A DNA stretch of 64,000 nucleotides from Mytilus californianus (lineage: Eukaryota). The position numbers were made by a program, and so were the translations under genes. Below, one piece after another: positions 61,552-64,000 of the stretch. Where the stretch lies: NCBI RefSeq assembly GCF_021869535.1, contig NW_026262582.1, positions 53,568,001 to 53,632,000 on the forward strand, in the 5' to 3' direction. Every line of letters begins with the position of its first letter. Position 1 is the first letter of the stretch. The notes under the pieces were generated by a model, which saw only the letters and a list, made by a program, of their open reading frames with translations, had not been told where the DNA came from and did no database searches.

Positions 61552-61724
61552 TATGTACAGAGAGTGTTCCTTCTGTTTGAACTTGTCCAATGATATTGGC
61601 TGCCTGGCAACTGTAAACACCAGCATCATCTGGTTTGGTTTCATGGATGACAAGGCCAGCAACTTCATCTTCATAACTCATCTCATATTTAGGACTCTTC
61701 TTTACCTCCCTTTTACCCTTAAAC
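61552..61724 (-). CDS. Exon: Ig C-terminal half
   Basis: 173 nt, phase 2-1; FKGKREVKKSPKYEMSYEDEVAGLVIHETKPDDAGVYSC; acceptor is AAG (weaker). Confidence 0.8.
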
Positions 61725-61987
61725 CTTTTGCATAAAAGATAAATTCATATATAGTTTACAATTGTGGTGCATTACTGATAAAGATGCCACGAGAGAAGAA
61801 ACATTGCAAGGACTATATATAAGTTATCTCATGCTAAGAAATAAATGTTTTATACTTTAAATTAAGTATAAATTTAAAATATAAGAAAAACTGAAAAAAA
61901 AAATCTCAAAAAAAGTAAATATTAGGCCCAATTAAACATCATTCAATATTTTTCTGATAGTAAAGTAACCTTTTATAAACAACTTAC

Positions 61988-62102
61988 CATGTTATTTCTG
62001 CCTCTGGTTCTCCCAGCAGGAGATCACATTCTAGGATGGCATCATTAGGTGATACAATGGTTGTATCTTGTAAGGGTTCCAGGAGTTTTGGTGCTTCTCC
62101 AA
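61988..62102 (-). CDS. Exon: Ig N-terminal half
   Basis: 115 nt, phase 1-2; GEAPKLLEPLQDTTIVSPNDAILECDLLLGEPEAEITW. Confidence 0.85.
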
Positions 62103-62504
62103 CTGTAAAATAAATCATACATCAAATAGAATCTGAAAGATTTCTCATTATATAGCAATGCTAAGATTTTACTGTAATAACTTCAAAAGGAAACTATTTT
62201 TTCTTTCTAATGCATATACATCTCAAAAGGGTGAAGGTTTAAATACAAATAGAATATAGCACAAAATCATTGAGTTCGGATCATGCTCATTTTTTTAATT
62301 TACCTGTAGAAAGAAGTTTAAAAAATAATTATCACATGTCAAATGAAATAACAATTTTGAATTCAAAGTTAATGTATCATTTATATTCCCAAAGCCTATC
62401 AAAATAATCATTTATCAAAATGACATTACAAATATATTATGTATATCACGTTCTACTTTAAGTTAGATCTAACAGTTAGAAAAAAACAAAATCCTAATAC
62501 ATAC

Positions 62505-62810
62505 CCAAAGGAGCCTCCACTTTAACAGGTTTTGTGGGTTCAGAGGCCTCACCAACACCTGCTTTGTTCTGTGCTGCCACACGGAACTCTAACTGGCTTC
62601 CCTCCTTCAGACCAGTCACGCTGAATGTTGTCTCAGTCACGGTTTGGTTCTCATTAGCCTTTATCCAACGGAAGGCATCAACAGGTTTGTATTCAATGAC
62701 ATAATTAGTAATTGGAGCACCTCCATCTTCAGCAGGTGGGGCCCATTTAAGAGCAACTGATGAATTGTCAGTTCCCATAATTTCTGGGGCCTCAGGTTTT
62801 CCAGGTTTAG
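62505..62810 (-). CDS. Exon: Fn3
   Basis: 306 nt, phase 1-1; KPGKPEAPEIMGTDNSSVALKWAPP...KVEAPL. Confidence 0.9.
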
Positions 62811-63064
62811 CTGAAAAAAAGTAAAATTGTTAACCTAAAATGTTTTTTTGTGATATTAGTGTTCTATGTTAATTTAGCCAATCTGTTTCTGTAATTTACC
62901 ATTTTTTTCCCAAAATATGTAAAAAAAAAAACCTCCTAGTTATGTTACTTTAGAGAGGTCATACTGCCTCCTTTGTATTAAGCCACAGCCAACATTAACA
63001 TTTTCTGAAAGTCTATTTTAAGATTAGATAAAAAATACCTAGCAGGGGGTAATAAAACACTTAC

Positions 63065-63367
63065 TCCATGGGTTCTTGGCCTTGTATGTTTCTGATTGGT
63101 CACTAGGACTACTGGGTCCTGCTTTATTGACAGCTTTGACCCTAAATATATAAGTATTGTCTTCAACAAGATCAGAGAGGTCATAGGTTGTTCCTTCTAT
63201 CAGATCTTTGTTGACAGGAGCCCAACGAGGACTGAAGCCAGATTGTCTCTCCAGCTGATAACCAAGGATTGAAGCACCTCCATCATTGGCTGGTGGTTGC
63301 CATGACACTGTACAGGAAGTTGCTGTAACATCAGATGCTTTTGGCGCTTCAGGTGCATCTGGAACAG
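63065..63367 (-). CDS. Exon: Fn3
   Basis: 303 nt, phase 1-1; AVPDAPEAP...SWQPPANDGGASILGY...KAKNPW. Confidence 0.9.
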
Positions 63368-63867
63368 CTGAAAAACAGTTTTAATCAATTATATTTAAAA
63401 ACATTAAATTCATTCAGGAATAAAAAAATAAGCATTTTGTTTTACTTTCCTCTTCTTTGTTTACACACGTCTATTGTTACATTGTAAATGATTACAGTAT
63501 TTCCAAGGAATTTATTCTTAAAGAGTAAAATATTTCTAATGTTGAAAAACACTATTACACTTTGCATCAATCTCGCCATCTTTAGGGCCACAATATTATT
63601 CATTTTGGTTAGTTTATTCATAATTTTATGTGTCTTTAAGATTAGCAAATATTAAAACAGAAGACAGAACTTATTACAAATATTTCTTATATACAAATCA
63701 TTTATGTAAAACTTAGATCTTCTCTAGTTCAAGGAATATATATAAAAAAAATAGAAAATCAGGGTAAATAAGGATCTGAATCTAAAATTCACAAAAGACC
63801 AAGAAGAATTTATCTGTAAATATGAAATTGTCTAAAGTTTAACATTCCACAGCATACTGTCACTTAC

Positions 63868-64000
63868 TGAATGGATTCTTAGCAGTAATTGGTTCTTTAA
63901 ATTCTACTGGTTCACTCATTCCTATTTCATTCTGAGCAAACACACGGAAGTAGTACTGGTTTCCTTCCAACAACTTGCCAACAGTATACTCTAGATCTTT
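63868..64000 (-). CDS. Exon (cut by window edge): Fn3 C-terminal half
   Basis: ...YYFRVFAQNEIGMSEPVEFKEPITAKNPF; GTAAGT donor at 63867. Confidence 0.85.

Larger units (their letters stand above)
1..64000 (-). other. Giant multi-exon titin/TTN-1/twitchin-family muscle kinase gene (partial at both ends; ~79 exons, ~7,000 aa in window)
   Basis: A continuous spliced reading frame can be built from AG..GT-bounded exons with matching phases from 64000 to 1. It encodes Fn3 (PGPP..W.PP..DGGS.I.GY..E..W..L..G..Y.FRV.A.N..G), I-set Ig and MLCK-type kinase motifs. Confidence 0.93.

Noticed and set aside
1-64000. Calling the gene twitchin (catch regulator)
   Set aside because: It has no Fn3-Fn3-Ig repeat, more than five post-kinase Ig domains, a different regulatory tail, and no RRPS-type PKA site in the post-kinase linkers I translated. 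No gene symbol is assigned without a phylogeny.

Overview
AT-rich animal genomic DNA, probably from a bivalve mussel (Mytilus-like, judged from recalled repeat motifs and not verified). The whole window is the interior of one giant minus-strand gene of the titin/twitchin/TTN-1 muscle-kinase family. I assembled about 79 exons by hand from AG/GT boundaries and reading-frame continuity: about 21 kb of CDS, about 7,000 aa, open at both window edges. Domain order in transcript direction (64000 to 1): [Fn3 x3 - Ig - Ig] x2, an uninterrupted run of 46 Fn3 domains with a three-domain periodicity, Ig-Ig-Fn3, an MLCK/twitchin-type Ser/Thr kinase with intact catalytic motifs, a TTN-1-like regulatory tail, then at least 6-7 Ig domains. 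The introns hold a 5-kb P-element-like DNA transposon (32-bp TIRs, 7-bp TSD). Nested in it are a Helentron-type (HINE) element carrying three different tandem arrays and an apparent P-type excision footprint. Other intronic features are MITEs, SINE-like repeats, minisatellites, a long hairpin, candidate micro-exons and tandem duplications of exon ends with their splice donors. All exon boundaries are manual calls and need RNA-seq confirmation.
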